A stretch of DNA of 63,572 bases, filler included, from Hausera hauseri (taxonomy: Eukaryota), in the NCBI GenBank assembly GCA_046269625.1. It is 12 parts of 12 records of this genome, joined end to end, with 100 filler letters (N's around TTAATTAATTAA, not from the genome) between each part and the next. Parts side by side here need not be neighbours in the genome. Positions count along the whole stretch, not along the records: positions 31,221 to 38,146 come from JBJURY010051219.1; positions 38,247 to 42,309 come from JBJURY010785312.1; positions 42,410 to 46,779 come from JBJURY010612999.1; positions 46,880 to 53,169 come from JBJURY010116654.1; 8 more parts are not named here. One strand, given 5' to 3'. How positions within the stretch are numbered: the stretch's first letter is position 1; every line of letters begins with the position of its first letter. The notes under the pieces are model-generated. The model was not told the DNA's origin and searched no databases. It saw nothing but the letters and a program-made list of their open reading frames with translations. Positions 36,803 to 49,544 of the stretch are shown in pieces. Made by a program: the position numbers and the translations under genes.

Positions 36803-38146
36803 ATGGCAAACCATAATGCAAACGTAGTAGAACAGTACGTCCAGTCAAAGGCGGACTACATCTTACCCATGAAGAAGTTTAGTGGAAAGGAAGACGTACA
36901 GGATTTTATGATGGAATACGCAGTGTACTCCTGAAGCTTTGGATGGAGCGACCAACAACGGATGGAAAGATTGCCTTTTCATTTAAAGGGAATAGCCCTA
37001 ACAATTTATTTTCAGATGCCAGAAGATAACAAGAAGGACTGAAAGTCCATTAAGGATTAGTTGCCACAGAAGTTTCTAGTTGATCCCTCTGAAAAGGGGA
37101 GGATAGAAAAATTTATATGAAGAAGGCAGCGCAAAGATGAATCAGTCCAAGATTACGTATGTGCACTGGAAAGATTGGCAACACGGGCATACCCCGACGT
37201 AACGATGAGAAGCAATGCATTGTTGGCCCAATTCCAATACGGATTGGAAGAAAAGCTAAGGGCAATAATTTTACAAGCCGACCCGTCTACGTTTTAAGAA
37301 GCTATAAGGAAAGCTCGTAAAGCTGAACGAGATATGAAACTATATAGATGGAACAAGTCTAAAAGCTACGAAGATAAACAAGATAAAAGGAAGAACAATA
37401 GTACACAAAAATATCAACGGTATGATAGGAACAGGAGCCCATTCCAAACATCAGCTACGGAAGCTGAATCAGATGTGTAGGAAAAGGTCAGATTTAAGCT
37501 GAAGAACGATGGAAAAAAGTCGAACTATAAGAAGAAATCGTCTATGAAAGATGGAAGGGCATTACCTAATATAGATTCAGAAGGGAGATTGAAATGTTTT
37601 AACTTCAATAAATATGACCACATAGCAAAAACATGTAGGTCACGAAAAAGGGGAACTTCAAAGTCCAATGACAATAAACAAAAGAAGGATTATACGTCAG
37701 CCACTTCGGACGAATCATCCGACAAAGAATGTGAAACAGAAGATAGCGAACAATAAATCAAAAAGAAAGATAAAAAGAAAGAAATTGTAAACTATGTTCA
37801 CAAGATATTATCTCAAGGCATGAAAAAGCAGTTAGCCATAGAGTTGAAGGACTATAAACTCAATAGAAACGGCTGAGAGAAAATAGTATTTCCGTAACGG
37901 AAGAGAAGCCAAAAAGAGGAAAACCTCGACAAAGAAGAAAGAAAGGTAATAAAAACATAATAGAAGAGGGGGAATCCAGAGAAACCTCTGCGGAGAAAAG
38001 CGAGGTAGAACAAAAGAAAAGAGGAAGAGAAAAAGTAAATCTGGTGAGTCAACGTCAGAGCAGAGTGAGAAAGAAGTACAACCTACAAAAATTTTTGATG
38101 AGACCGTCATTGAACAAGTGATACATGATATAGACGTGGATTTGGA
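36803..38146 (+). pseudogene. Gypsy gag, degraded
   Basis: KFSGKEDVQDF..LPFHLKGIAL..RRQRKDESVQDY..LERLATRAYP..FQYGL; degenerate knuckle CFNFNKYDHIAKTC; multiple stops. Confidence 0.85.
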
Positions 38147-39119
38147 NNNNNNNNNNNNNNNNNNNNNNNNNNNNNNNNNNNNNNNNNNNNTTAATTAATT
38201 AANNNNNNNNNNNNNNNNNNNNNNNNNNNNNNNNNNNNNNNNNNNNCTTCAATGACGTGGAGGTAATTTGTATCATTGTGATATGAGAAAATAATCACAA
38301 AGTAAATGTCTATTGTATACAATGAAAACAAACCTTTGATGTAAATATGGATGCAATTTCATTTCACGTTTGTCTTATTTAAAAAATGTCTTTGGAAAAC
38401 AATTCATCACGTTACAGTCTCTCAAAAAAGCCATGGTACAGCGAATATTCGCTCAGAAATTTCCAATTGTATAATGGATACAACTTGCATTATCTGCGCA
38501 ACGCTATTCAATTGCCATTGACGCAAACGGTCAAAATGAAAAATATGGTTTATTGGTGAAACAGATCAGCGACGACGATTTGAATACTATGGAAGACACA
38601 AATAAAAAAGTTTACAGTGATTTGGAGTTATGTGAGATACATCGTCGATTTTTCTCAAAGGAAATATGGCAAAAATTGTCAGTTCACATAATGGAGAAAC
38701 AGCAGCAACAGTTTTGCAACTACAAGGAGCTAAAGGCTACCTGACACTGAAACTCAAAGGATTCAAGGAAAGGAGCGGCGTAAAATACCCAATATGGAAA
38801 ATGGGGAAGTTTACTATGATTTAACTAACTGTGTTTTTGTGAATTCAGTTTTTCGACGATCAAAAAATAAATGTATTCGTGTTACATATTTTGTTTTCTC
38901 GTGCAAGGTTTTTGTTTTACTTTTACTTCTCTCTTACTTAATAATAATAGTTTTAGTAAGTAACCGAAAACAAAACACAAAAGACACTGAACAAAATACG
39001 TTATGGAAATATAAAAAACAATGTACATAAGACAATTGTCAATGATTGTCACAATAACTGAACTGATTTGTCTGAACCGACAGAGCACCGACTGTTTGGA
39101 CGTGCGTTTATTTCAGCCG

Positions 39120-42100
39120 CCAATGTTTATACGCTCAACTTTATTTCGCCCCATCAACTTTCGCTTATCATCGTTACATGACAAAGCGATTTTGCACTAG
39201 TTATTGTGTACAGCTAGTGTTCAGTTGTTTGGATGATAGCTTGAGACACAACAGCAACTGATTGTCCTCCTTCTGCCGTTTCTTCGTATATACGACGATA
39301 ATCACCGTGGTCGATTTCCGTCTGTCTCAGCTGGACTCATTTTGCCCGCATTTTCGGTCCACAATCCGTCAGAAGACTGTAGTACTTTGGGCGTAGGAAT
39401 AACCATTCCCGATAATGAACCTTGCCTTCACTTTTACTCTTGAAGCAACCGATTTTGTTGGTGATTGCGCTGCTGTACAACGGATGATCCGATGGATAGT
39501 TGGACGTGTCCAGTAATCCATCTGACTGCATATGCTACAATAGCTTTTCGTGACTGGCTGTTGTCAGCCACAGGAAAAAACTGTCTGTGTCACCGGAAAT
39601 TATACTAATATCACAGCCGTCAAACATTTGCCGGTAACGTGCCAAATCGCGATACTGTAGCTCATACATCCACAACTTGTTCAGGCCCAATACCAACTGT
39701 CCGATGTAACTTGGCCGGTCCAGAACGAATTCTTCTCTGTTTAACAGCAGGGCAACCAATCCATCGTGAACGTGCATTGACCGCCGAAACTGCGCCTTAC
39801 TCGTGTACGTAACCAACCGCTTTTCGCTATTGCATAGGCGTACATTGAGCCGCTGTTTCAGATTCTTCACTGTTTTTCCGTACAGAGAATTGTTTTTCAA
39901 CTTGTACTAGTCCTTTTCGAACTTTGTGAAAGCTGTCGTTCGTTTCTCCGAATTTTCGTCGATGTACGCCTTGAATATGGGAGCCTGACCAAATGGGATT
40001 GCACGATGCAGCTGGGTGACGCGTACACTGAGCTGTATGTAGAACTGTAGAAGACGCCAATGGACCACGTAATTCAGCTTTGGTTCATGCTTCATGATCA
40101 GTTTCTTCACTTTTGAGCCTGGCGGACATTGGTTAAATGGTGCGACCGGTAAATCGTCCAAAACGTCATGCAGTTCATCTGGTACCACGAGATCAACCTC
40201 CATCAAGTATCCGACAGAGATGCCATGTCTGCTCGTGGTAGGTTGACCATTATGTCGTCCAGATCTTGTGTGTCGGCAGCCCATTCGAATGAACCGTACG
40301 GCAAGGGTTACGAAAGCGCCCAGCCATGCAGGTTATTTATATCAATATACAGCAGTGATGTGATATCGGTAGTACTGACCTGATGCTTGTTGACAAATGT
40401 CATGCCGCAGCGAATACCAACATTAAACAGCCGGTACATTTTCGGGTGTTTCAGCAGCTCAATGTCTCGATCCAGTGACGTTAGAGCAGTATGGAATAAA
40501 ATTTGAGTAGCTCCAACATATCTTCCGCCAGCGCTTTGGTCCGTAATGCTTGAAACACGTCGGCTAATAAGTACACGTCCAGTTTAAGATACTGGAGCAT
40601 GTAATCCAACAAGTTTCTACAGCCGAGTTCTGTGCAACACCTCTGTGCTTTCTGGTATTCATTTTCTGCGATACCTATGCATCGCTGCGGTAATTCCTCT
40701 GCTGTCCGGAGTCGCTCATATGATGTTTCAAAGTCAATATGTGCGTGCAATATGTGCGGGAAACTGCGTCAGTGCTATCGGCACATCTGTCAAGGCATTT
40801 ACCATCTTTGTTAATGATTTATTGAGAAATTGCAATGAATCAAGGAAGCGCATCTGGAACCGGTTTATACGAACAGACATCCATAAGTTTTTTTCCATCG
40901 TAGTCGGAATTATGGATAGTTCCCAGTGCAGAAATCCGTTTATTGCCCATTTCAAAATATGTGACAATAATAACCCCTGAAGTTATGAAATACCACTGGA
41001 AAGAATAGCCGCACATGCTTTGCCAAATTGCATGAATTACATGCTGATCCAAGATATCGACCAGTAAAATGATCGTGATTCGTCACAAGCCGCTCCAGTG
41101 CGTCAAACGGTAATATTTTGTGGCAAAGGTAACATTTATCTGTGACTGCAAATATAAGGCGTTCATCTTTATCTGTCCACATCAAGAGTTTATTGCTATT
41201 TCTACTACCAGGATGCGATTTCAGTTTCCACTATGGTTTGCAAATGCTGCAAGAAATGGCGTACACAATTCCATCTGTGGAAAACATAATATTGAGTTTG
41301 ACCTACGGCTTTTATTGGGACAACCAACATGCGGACGGCAATTGGAACATGTTTTTTGTCATATATGTTGTGCTGTGGTAAGGTAGGTACGATATCGGCA
41401 TATACTACATATGCCTCACTGTCCGTTTTTGACCAATCAGTGAACCTGAGTTCCTGTTTGAGGGCATGACATACATTGTGGTTCCTGACGAATTTTGTCT
41501 GTACACAGTCACATGTTTCTTCCATGTTGTTTGCGACCTGAATCCATGAAGATATACAGGACCCCATTTACATTGTATCAGTTTTTGGAGGAAATGGTCA
41601 TGCTCTATGTTCAGTAGTCTGTCCAGATTTGCCACGGCAACGTAATGGTAATTTTCTTTTTGTTCCAGTAGCAACAAATTTACTGAGCGGCCATTTGGGT
41701 TCAGACTACGATAGATTATATCCACATGAGGATTTTTGTAAATTTCTTCATCCGCTGGTATTTCTATTATTGTGTTATACCGGAACACGTTGATTGCCAG
41801 TGTCGGATTACGCTGTTCAAAAGCCGGAATGGATTTCAGTTTCATCGGCATCCAGCTTTCATCGAAATTCAATTCGGAAAAATATTTCTGATACCTTTTT
41901 GGACGAGATGCAATCTCTTTCCACTTCGTTATATTTTAATACCGCCAGAATACTGTAAAGAAAACGGTATTCATTGTTAGTATTTTTTACATTCACTACC
42001 GCCAGAGACTGCTTCAGAGCTGCAAGTGTCAGTACGAATGATCGGCCAGACAAATATATTATGTCACTGGACTTTGTTATGATAAAGTCGAGGGTGGCAA

Positions 42101-42309
42101 TTTTTATAATTCACCATCCACTACCCTTTTCCGTATAGTTGGCGATTTTCTCGTGCTTTTCGCCTATGTACCATTGTTTCCTGTCACCTTCAACGTTTTC
42201 AAATTCTGCAAGTGCATAATATTGCACTTTGCAGTAATGTTGGAATATCTCCACTTCTGATTCCAACCAGTTGCGCACATATTGCGGAACATGTCTTAAT
42301 TGCGTTGTT
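39120..42309 (-). pseudogene. Polinton/Maverick-type protein-primed PolB, degraded
   Basis: KGSGW, VVNVKN, CYLC..HDHFTGRYLGSACNSCNL, FHNFRGY, FLDSLQFL, KNNSLYGKT, LDRPSYIGQ, ISGDTDSFF, IGCFKS. Confidence 0.92.
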
Positions 42310-42409
42310 NNNNNNNNNNNNNNNNNNNNNNNNNNNNNNNNNNNNNNNNNNNNTTAATTAATTAANNNNNNNNNNNNNNNNNNNNNNNNNNNNNNNNNNN
42401 NNNNNNNNN

Positions 42410-45400
42410 CAAATGTTGTAAAGGGGAATTGCAGAAATGCCAAATGATGTAAGGGGGAATTGAAGGAGTGCCAAATGATGTAAGGGAGAATGGAAGAAGT
42501 ACCAAATGATATAAGGCGGAATTGAAGAAGTGCCAAATGATGTAAAGTGGAATTGAAGAAGTGCCAAATGATGTAAAGGGGAATTGAAGAAGTGCCAAAT
42601 GCTGTAAGGCGAAATTGAAGAAGTGCCAAATGATGTAAATGTGAATTGCAGAAGTGCCAAATGATGTAAGGGTGAATTGAAGAAGTGCCAAATTATGTAA
42701 GGGGCAATTGAAGAAGTGCCAAATGATGTAAAGCGGAATTGAAGTATTTCCAAATGATGTAAGGGGGAATTGAAGAAGTGCCAAATGATGTAAAGGGGAA
42801 TTGATGAAGTGCCAAATGATGTAAGGGGGAATTGAAGAAGTGCCAAATGATGTAAGGGGCAATTGAAGAAGTACCAAATGATGTGAGGCGGAATTGAAGA
42901 AGTGCCAAATGATGTAAAGGTGAATTAAAGAAGTGCCAATTGATGTAAGGGGCAATTGAAGAAGTGCCAAATGATGTAAGGGGGAATGGAAAAAGTGCCA
43001 AATGTTGTAAATTTGAATTGAAAAGTGCCAAATGATGTAAGGGGCAATTGAAAAAGTTCCAAATGGTCTAAAGGAGAATTGCAGAAGTGCCAAATGATGT
43101 AAGTGGGAATTGAAGATGTGCCAAATGATGTAAGGTGGAATTGAAGAAGTGCCAAATTATGTAAAGGGGAATTGAAGAAGTGCCAAATGATGTAAGGGGA
43201 ATTGAAGAAGTGCCAAGTGATGTAGGGAGGAATTGAAGAAGTGTCGAATGATGTAAGGGGGAATTGAAGAAGTGCCGATTGGTGTAAAGGGAAATTGAAG
43301 AAGTGCCAAATGATGTAAGGGGCAATTGAAGAAGTGCCAAATGATGTAAGGCGGAATTGAAGAAGTGCTAAATGATGTAAGGGGGAATTGAAGATGTGCC
43401 AAATGTTGTAAAGGGGAATTGCAGAGGTGCCAAATGATGTAAGGGGGAATTGAAGACGTGCCAAATGTTGTAAAGGGGAATTGCAGAAATGCCAAATGAT
43501 GTAAGGGGGAATTGAAGGAGTGCCAAATGATGTAAGGGGGAATTGAAGAAGTACCAAATGATATAAGGCGTAATTGAAGAAGTGCCAAATGATGTAAAGG
43601 GGAATTTAAGAAGTGCGAAATGCTGTAAGGCGGAATTGAAGAAGTGCCAAATGATGTAAGGGGGAATTGAAGAAGGGCCAAATGATGCAAAGGGAAATTG
43701 AAGAAGTGCCCAATGATGTAAATGGGATTGAAGAAGTGCCAAATGATGTAAGGGGGAATTGCAGAAGTGCCAAATGATGTAATGGGGAATTGAACACGTG
43801 CCAAATGTTGTAAAGGAGAATTGCAGAAATGCTAAAAGTTGTAAGGGGGAATTGAAGGAGTGCCAAATGATGTAAGGGGGAATTGAAGAAGTACCAAATG
43901 ATATAAGGCGGAATTGAAGAAGTGCCAAATGTTGTAAAGGGGAATTGAAGAAGTGCGAAATGCTGTAAGGCGGAATTGAAGAAGTGCCAAATGATGTAAG
44001 GGGGAATTGAAGAAGTGCCAAATAATGTAAAGGGGAATTGAAGAAGTACCAAATGATGTAAAGGGAAATTGAAGAAGTGCCCAATGATGTAATTGGGAAT
44101 TAAAGAAGTGCCAAATGAGGTAAAGGGCAATTGCAGAAGTGCCAAATGATGTAAAGGGGAATTGAAGAATCTCCAAATGATGTAAGGGGGAATTGAAGAA
44201 GTGCCAAATGATGTAAAGGGGAATTGAAGAAGTACCAAATGAAGTAAGGCGGAATTGAAGAAGTGCCAAAAGATGTAAAGGTGAATTAAAGAAGTGCCAA
44301 ATGATGTAAGGGGCAATTAAAGAAGTGCCAAATGATGTAAGGGGGAACTGAAGAAGTGCCAAATGTTGTAAAGGTGAATTGAAAAGTGCTAAATGATGTA
44401 AGGGGCAATTGAAGAAGTGCCAAATGTTGTAAAGGGGAATTGCAGAAGTGCCAAATGATGCAAGGGGGAATTGAAGAAATGCCAAATGATGAAAGGTGGA
44501 ATTGAAGTAATGCCAAATGATGTAAAGGGGAATTGAAGAAGTGCCAAATGATGTAAGGTGAATTGAAGAAGTGCCAAGTGATGTAAGGAGGAATTGAAGA
44601 AATGTCGAATGATGTCAGGGGGAATTGAAGAAGTGCCGATTGGTGTAAAGGGAAATTGAAGAAGTGCCAACTGATGTAAGGGGGAATTAAAGAAGTGCCA
44701 AATGATGTAAAGGGGAATTGAAGAAGTATCAAATGATGTAAAGGGGAATTGAAGAAGTGCCAAATGATGTAAGGGGCAATTGTAGAAGTGCCAAATGATG
44801 TAAAGGGGAATGGAAGAAGTGCCAAATGTTGTAAAGGGGAATTGCAGAAGTGCCAAATGATGTAAAGGGATATTGAAGACGTGCCAAATGTTGTAAAGGG
44901 GAATTGCAGAAATGCCAAATGATGTAAGGAGGAATTGAAGGAGTGCCAAATAATGTAAAGCGGAATTGAAGAAGTACCAAATGATGTAAAGGGGAGTTGA
45001 AGAAGTGCCAAATGATGTAAAGTAAAATTGAAGAAGTGCCAAATGATCAAAATGCGAATTGAAGAAGTGCCAAATGGTGTAAGGGGGAATTGAAGAAGTA
45101 CCAAATGATGTAAAAAGGAGTTGAAGAAGTGTCAAATGAAGTAAAGGGAAATTGAAGAAGTGCCAAATGATCTAAATGGGAATTGAAGAAGTGCCAAATG
45201 ATGTAAAGGGAAATTGAAGAAGTGCCAAATGATCTAAATGGGAATTGAAGGAGTGCCAAATGATGTAAGGGGGAATTGAAGAAGTACCAAATGATGTAAA
45301 GGGGAGTTGAAGGAGTGCCAAATGATGTAAGGGGCAATTGAAGAAGTGCCAAATGATGTAAAGGGGAATTGAAGAAATGCCAAATGATGTAAAGGGGAAT

Positions 45401-46779
45401 TGAAGAAGTGCCAAATGATGTGAGGTGAATTGAAGAAGAGCCAAATGATGTAAGGAGCAATTGAAGAAGTTCCACATGATGTAAGGGGGAATTGAAGAAG
45501 TGCCAAATGATGTAAAAGGAAATTGTAGAAGTGGCCAATGATGTAAATGGGAATTGAAGTAGTGCCAAATGAGGTAAAGGGCAATTGAAGAAGTGCCAAA
45601 TGATGTAAAGGGGAATTGAAGAAGTACCAAATGATGTAAAGGGCAATTGAAGAAGTGCCCAATGATGTAAATGGGAATTGATGAAGTGCCAAATGATGTA
45701 AGGGGATTTGAAGAAGTGCAAAGTGATGTAGGGAGGAATTGAAGAAGTACCAAATGATGTAAAGGGAAATTGAAGAAGTGCCCAGTGATGTAAATGGGAA
45801 TTGCAGAAGTGCCAAATGAGGTAAAGGGCAATTGAAGAAGTGCCAAATGATGTAAAGGGGAATTGAAGAAGTGCCAAATGATGTAAGGGGGAATTTAAGA
45901 AGTGCCAAATGATGTAAAGGGGAATTGAAGAAGTACCAAATGATGTAAGTCGGAATTGAAGAAGTGCCGAATGATGTAAATGTGAATTAAACAAGTGCCA
46001 AATGATGTAAGGGGCAATTGAAGAAGTGCCAAATGATGTAAGGGGGAATTGAAGAAGTGCCAAATGTTGTAAAGGTGAATGGAAGAAGTGCCAAATGATC
46101 TAAGGGGGAATAGAAGAAATGCCAAATGATGTAAGGGGGAATTGAAGAAGTACCATATGATGTAAAGGGGAATTGAAGAAGTGCCAAATGATGTAAAGGT
46201 GTATTGAAGAAGCGACAAAAGATGTAAATGTGAATTGAAGAAGTGAAAAACGATGTAAGGAGCAATTGAAGAAGTGCCAAATGATGTAAGGGGGAATTGA
46301 AAAAGTGCCAAATGATGGAAAGGGCAATTGAACAAGTGCCAAATGATGTAAAGGGGAATTGAAGAAGTACCAAATGATGTAAGGGGGAATTGAAGAAGTG
46401 CCAAATGATATAAAGGGGAATTGAAGAAGTACCAAATGATGTAAGGCGGAATTGAAGAAGTGCCAAATGATCTAAGTGGGAATTGATGAAATGCCAAATG
46501 ATGTAAGGAAGAAGTGAAGAAGTAACAAATGATGTAAAGAGGAGTTGAAGAAGTGCCAAATGATGTAAATTGGAATTGAAGAAGTGCCAAATGATGTAAA
46601 GGTGAATTGAAGAAGTGACAAATGATGTAAAGGTGAATTGAAGAAGTGACAAACGATGTAAGGGGCAATTGTAGAAGTGCCAAGTGATGTAAGGTGGAAT
46701 TGAAGAAGTGCCAAATGATGTAAAGGGGAATTGAAGAAGTATCAAATGATGTAAAGGGGAATTGAAGAAGTGCCAAATG
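42410..46779 (+). repeat. 31-bp tandem satellite A (~141 units), consensus TGCCAAATGATGTAAAGGGGAATTGAAGAAG
   Basis: Fills all of C9; minus-strand ORFs repeat every 31 aa (3 units). Confidence 0.97.
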
Positions 46780-46879
46780 NNNNNNNNNNNNNNNNNNNNN
46801 NNNNNNNNNNNNNNNNNNNNNNNTTAATTAATTAANNNNNNNNNNNNNNNNNNNNNNNNNNNNNNNNNNNNNNNNNNNN

Positions 46880-48965
46880 GCCCCTGCTACTCCAGGGCAG
46901 CCGGAAGTTTCCAGAGAGGGGCCTGTGCTGAGTCAAGTCCCCCCTGTTGATGACCCTTATCTCCAGGAGTCCTCGAAAGAGCTGATCTGTCCACAAACAC
47001 AAGAACCAGAGAGATCAGGACAGGTCCCATCAAGACTAGACCTCTGTCCCCTCTACAGGGGTGCTCTGTCCCTCCTGTAAACCCACCGTCTCTGATGTGA
47101 TCAGATTACCTTTGAGGCAGGACAGCTGGTGGAAGTTTCTTGACATGATCACTGTCCCGGTGCCATGCAGGACGAAGTGCAGGGAGTAGCCATGAAGACC
47201 CAGCTCTGGGTCCGAGTCTCCAACAGGTGGAGGGTCTGCAGGCTCCAAGTACGGGCTGCAGGAAGGGACACAACTCAAAGCTTAAAAAGACTAAAACCCT
47301 CTGATGAGGTATTTATTTGTTTGTTTAAAGGGACAGAGCTGAAATCAGAGACAACTGAACACATGAAGGAGGAGAAGTGAACAACCTGATTGGAGACCCC
47401 AGCAGACTCCTCTCCACCAGTTTGTGTAAATGCAGGCAGATCATGATGAAGGTCACCTGGTCCTGACCCTAAACACACACTGGGGGTTATTAAAGGTCAG
47501 CTGGAACCATGAGGAGAAAAGCTTAGGCTGCTCTGTTCACCCTCCACATGCCGACGATGACGCCCGGCTCGAAAAACATAAGTTTTACCAGACTGTCGTG
47601 ACCGATAAGGCGACCGCAAGACGTTTTTAAGTGGAGGTTTAGAATCTGAGAGCGCCAGCTAGACCTGCAGGAAGAGGACAGGAACCATGACTTTCACAAC
47701 ACAAACTACATATATGGAGTTTGAACTGCCAATCAGAAAACTGCTACAGTAATGGCTCCTACTACCTGGTTCTGGAGGTCTCCTTCCTGACTCCGTACAG
47801 CTGGATGCTGCTGATGTTATGATATTTGATGGAGAAGCCTTGGGTCCAGCTGAGGATCACAGAGGACTCAAAGAAATGGACCTGGCTCTGCTTCTTGGTG
47901 ATCTTCCATCCTGTGCAGCTGGAGACAATAAGCTCCCAGCTCACGTTCATGTACCTGAAAAAACAAGAAAAATATCATACGATAAAAATAAAATAAACCC
48001 CAAAAATATTAAACAGAGCTGTGTCATTTATTCACTTCAGCTAACACCAGCTAATCACTCCAGCTAACATCAGCTAATCACTCCAGCTAACATCAGCTAA
48101 TCTGTCTGCATGGAAGCAGATCTTTAAAAGAAAATAAAACTCAGTTTATTAAAGTGTCTTAAAAGTATATTTCCTGTATGGACATGTTTCTGAGTTCAGC
48201 TCATGCTCGCTAACAAAGCTAGCAGCTAAAAGTCATGGCTGTTGCGTGGGGAGCAGCAAGCCCACCAACAAACCCCACTTAACCAGGTGGGGGTCAGGAG
48301 GAGCCCACAAAGACGGGGAGGTTAAATCAAGCAGAGCAGTTTACAGTTCAGACATCTGAAACACCCAACATATGAAGACCCAACTGCTCCTAAAGAGCTG
48401 ATCAAAACAGAAAATCTACAGGCTTAGTAATTAAAAGTGAATAAAAAGTGAACGTTGTGTTTTAGTCTCGTACCCGAGGACCCCCTTTGTGTTCTTGGGC
48501 AGGCCGGTGTTCGGATTCCGGTAATTTAGGTATATCCCCCACTTCAACTTCTCTTGTCTGGCAACAGCGTTGAAATACATCTTCTTCCATCCGCTCACTG
48601 TTTGCTCCTCCTGTTTTTCTGCCGCTACCAGCACCCAATCCACCGCCCACTCCACCCCCCAGTCATCCTCCCAGTCATCCACCCAGTGATCCTTCCAGTC
48701 ATATTCTGCCTCGGCTGAACTCGGCTTCTGGGTGTGACTCCTGAACTCCGTCTCGTAAATCTTCTCCCACAAGAGGCTGCAGATAAAAGATATTTTAACA
48801 GACATCAAAAAGCAATCCTGTTTCTGTGATCTCAGATCTTTGGCTGATCAGAAGACTCACTTGTCGTTGGAGAGTTGGTGGAAGAGTCGGCTCACGTGGC
48901 TGATGCTCAGCAACGAGGAGACGTCCAGGTAAGACAGAATCCTCATCAGGATCTCAGACGGGAGC
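46880..48965 (-). CDS. fbxo15: F-box only protein 15, internal exons (48965-48861, 48776-48474, 47954-47766, 47664-47386, 47255-47110, 46986-46880), teleost-like
   Basis: F-box LPSEILMRILSYLDVSSLL; DPELGLHGYSLHFVLH; QHRPLSGNFRLPW; canonical AG/GT boundaries. Confidence 0.8.
48037..48100 (+). repeat. Intronic ~22-bp minisatellite (CAGCTAACATCAGCTAATCACTC-like)
   Basis: About three tandem units. Confidence 0.7.
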
Positions 48966-49544
48966 CTGAGGAGGACAAACAGATGGAGAACAAGAGGAGG
49001 TGAAGTCTGTCTTCCACCAACCAGCCTTTTGCTCGTGGGCTGCGTCGATCCAGAATTTGTCCCACAAAAACCAACCTGACTCAATAACTCTACACTGAAG
49101 ACTAGAAATTTAAATGAAAAAATATATTAAATTACAGAAAATGACAATTTATATCTGATCAATTCCAACAGTTTTAATTGAATATATTTACAAATCTTAC
49201 TAGCATTTTAATTGTGTTTTAAACTGATTTGTGGGGAAATTTCTTCCTTTTTACCAACTAATATTTAAAATAAATTAAAATAAACATTAAACACGTTCAG
49301 TTGTCAATAATAAGTTAATATTCAGGAGGATAAGGGGTTTGTTTAAGGCTAATTTACTATAGAAAACTTATCATTTACGTTTGCTGCTAAGTAGCATTCT
49401 GTCAAAATAAGTAAAATGGGTTGGGAGAGCAGACAGCCAATCACAGCTCACTGACGTCATACATCAACCAATCACTTTTTTCTTCTTCAATGAAACAACC
49501 AATCACAGAGCAACAACGTCCCTCCTCCAATTTAGCGATTTAAG

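Noticed and set aside
14404-38146. Alternative genetic code (TGA at expected Trp/Arg positions)
   Set aside because: TAA/TAG stops and frameshifts occur as well and HSP70 reads normally; ordinary decay explains it
38247-39100. Possible LTR end (AATAAA..GTTACA at ~38886) and short ORFs
   Set aside because: No PBS, TSD or homologous copy in the window to support it
42354-46776. Many long minus-strand ORFs (FGTSSIPLYIIWHFFNSPLHHLALLQ repeats)
   Set aside because: By-product of a 31-bp satellite that has few stops on one strand; all three frames give the same peptide
49430-49510. CCAAT boxes and TGACGTCA as the fbxo15 promoter
   Set aside because: They lie upstream of an internal exon, next to the LINE; such CCAATCA clusters are common in fish repeats and cannot be assigned
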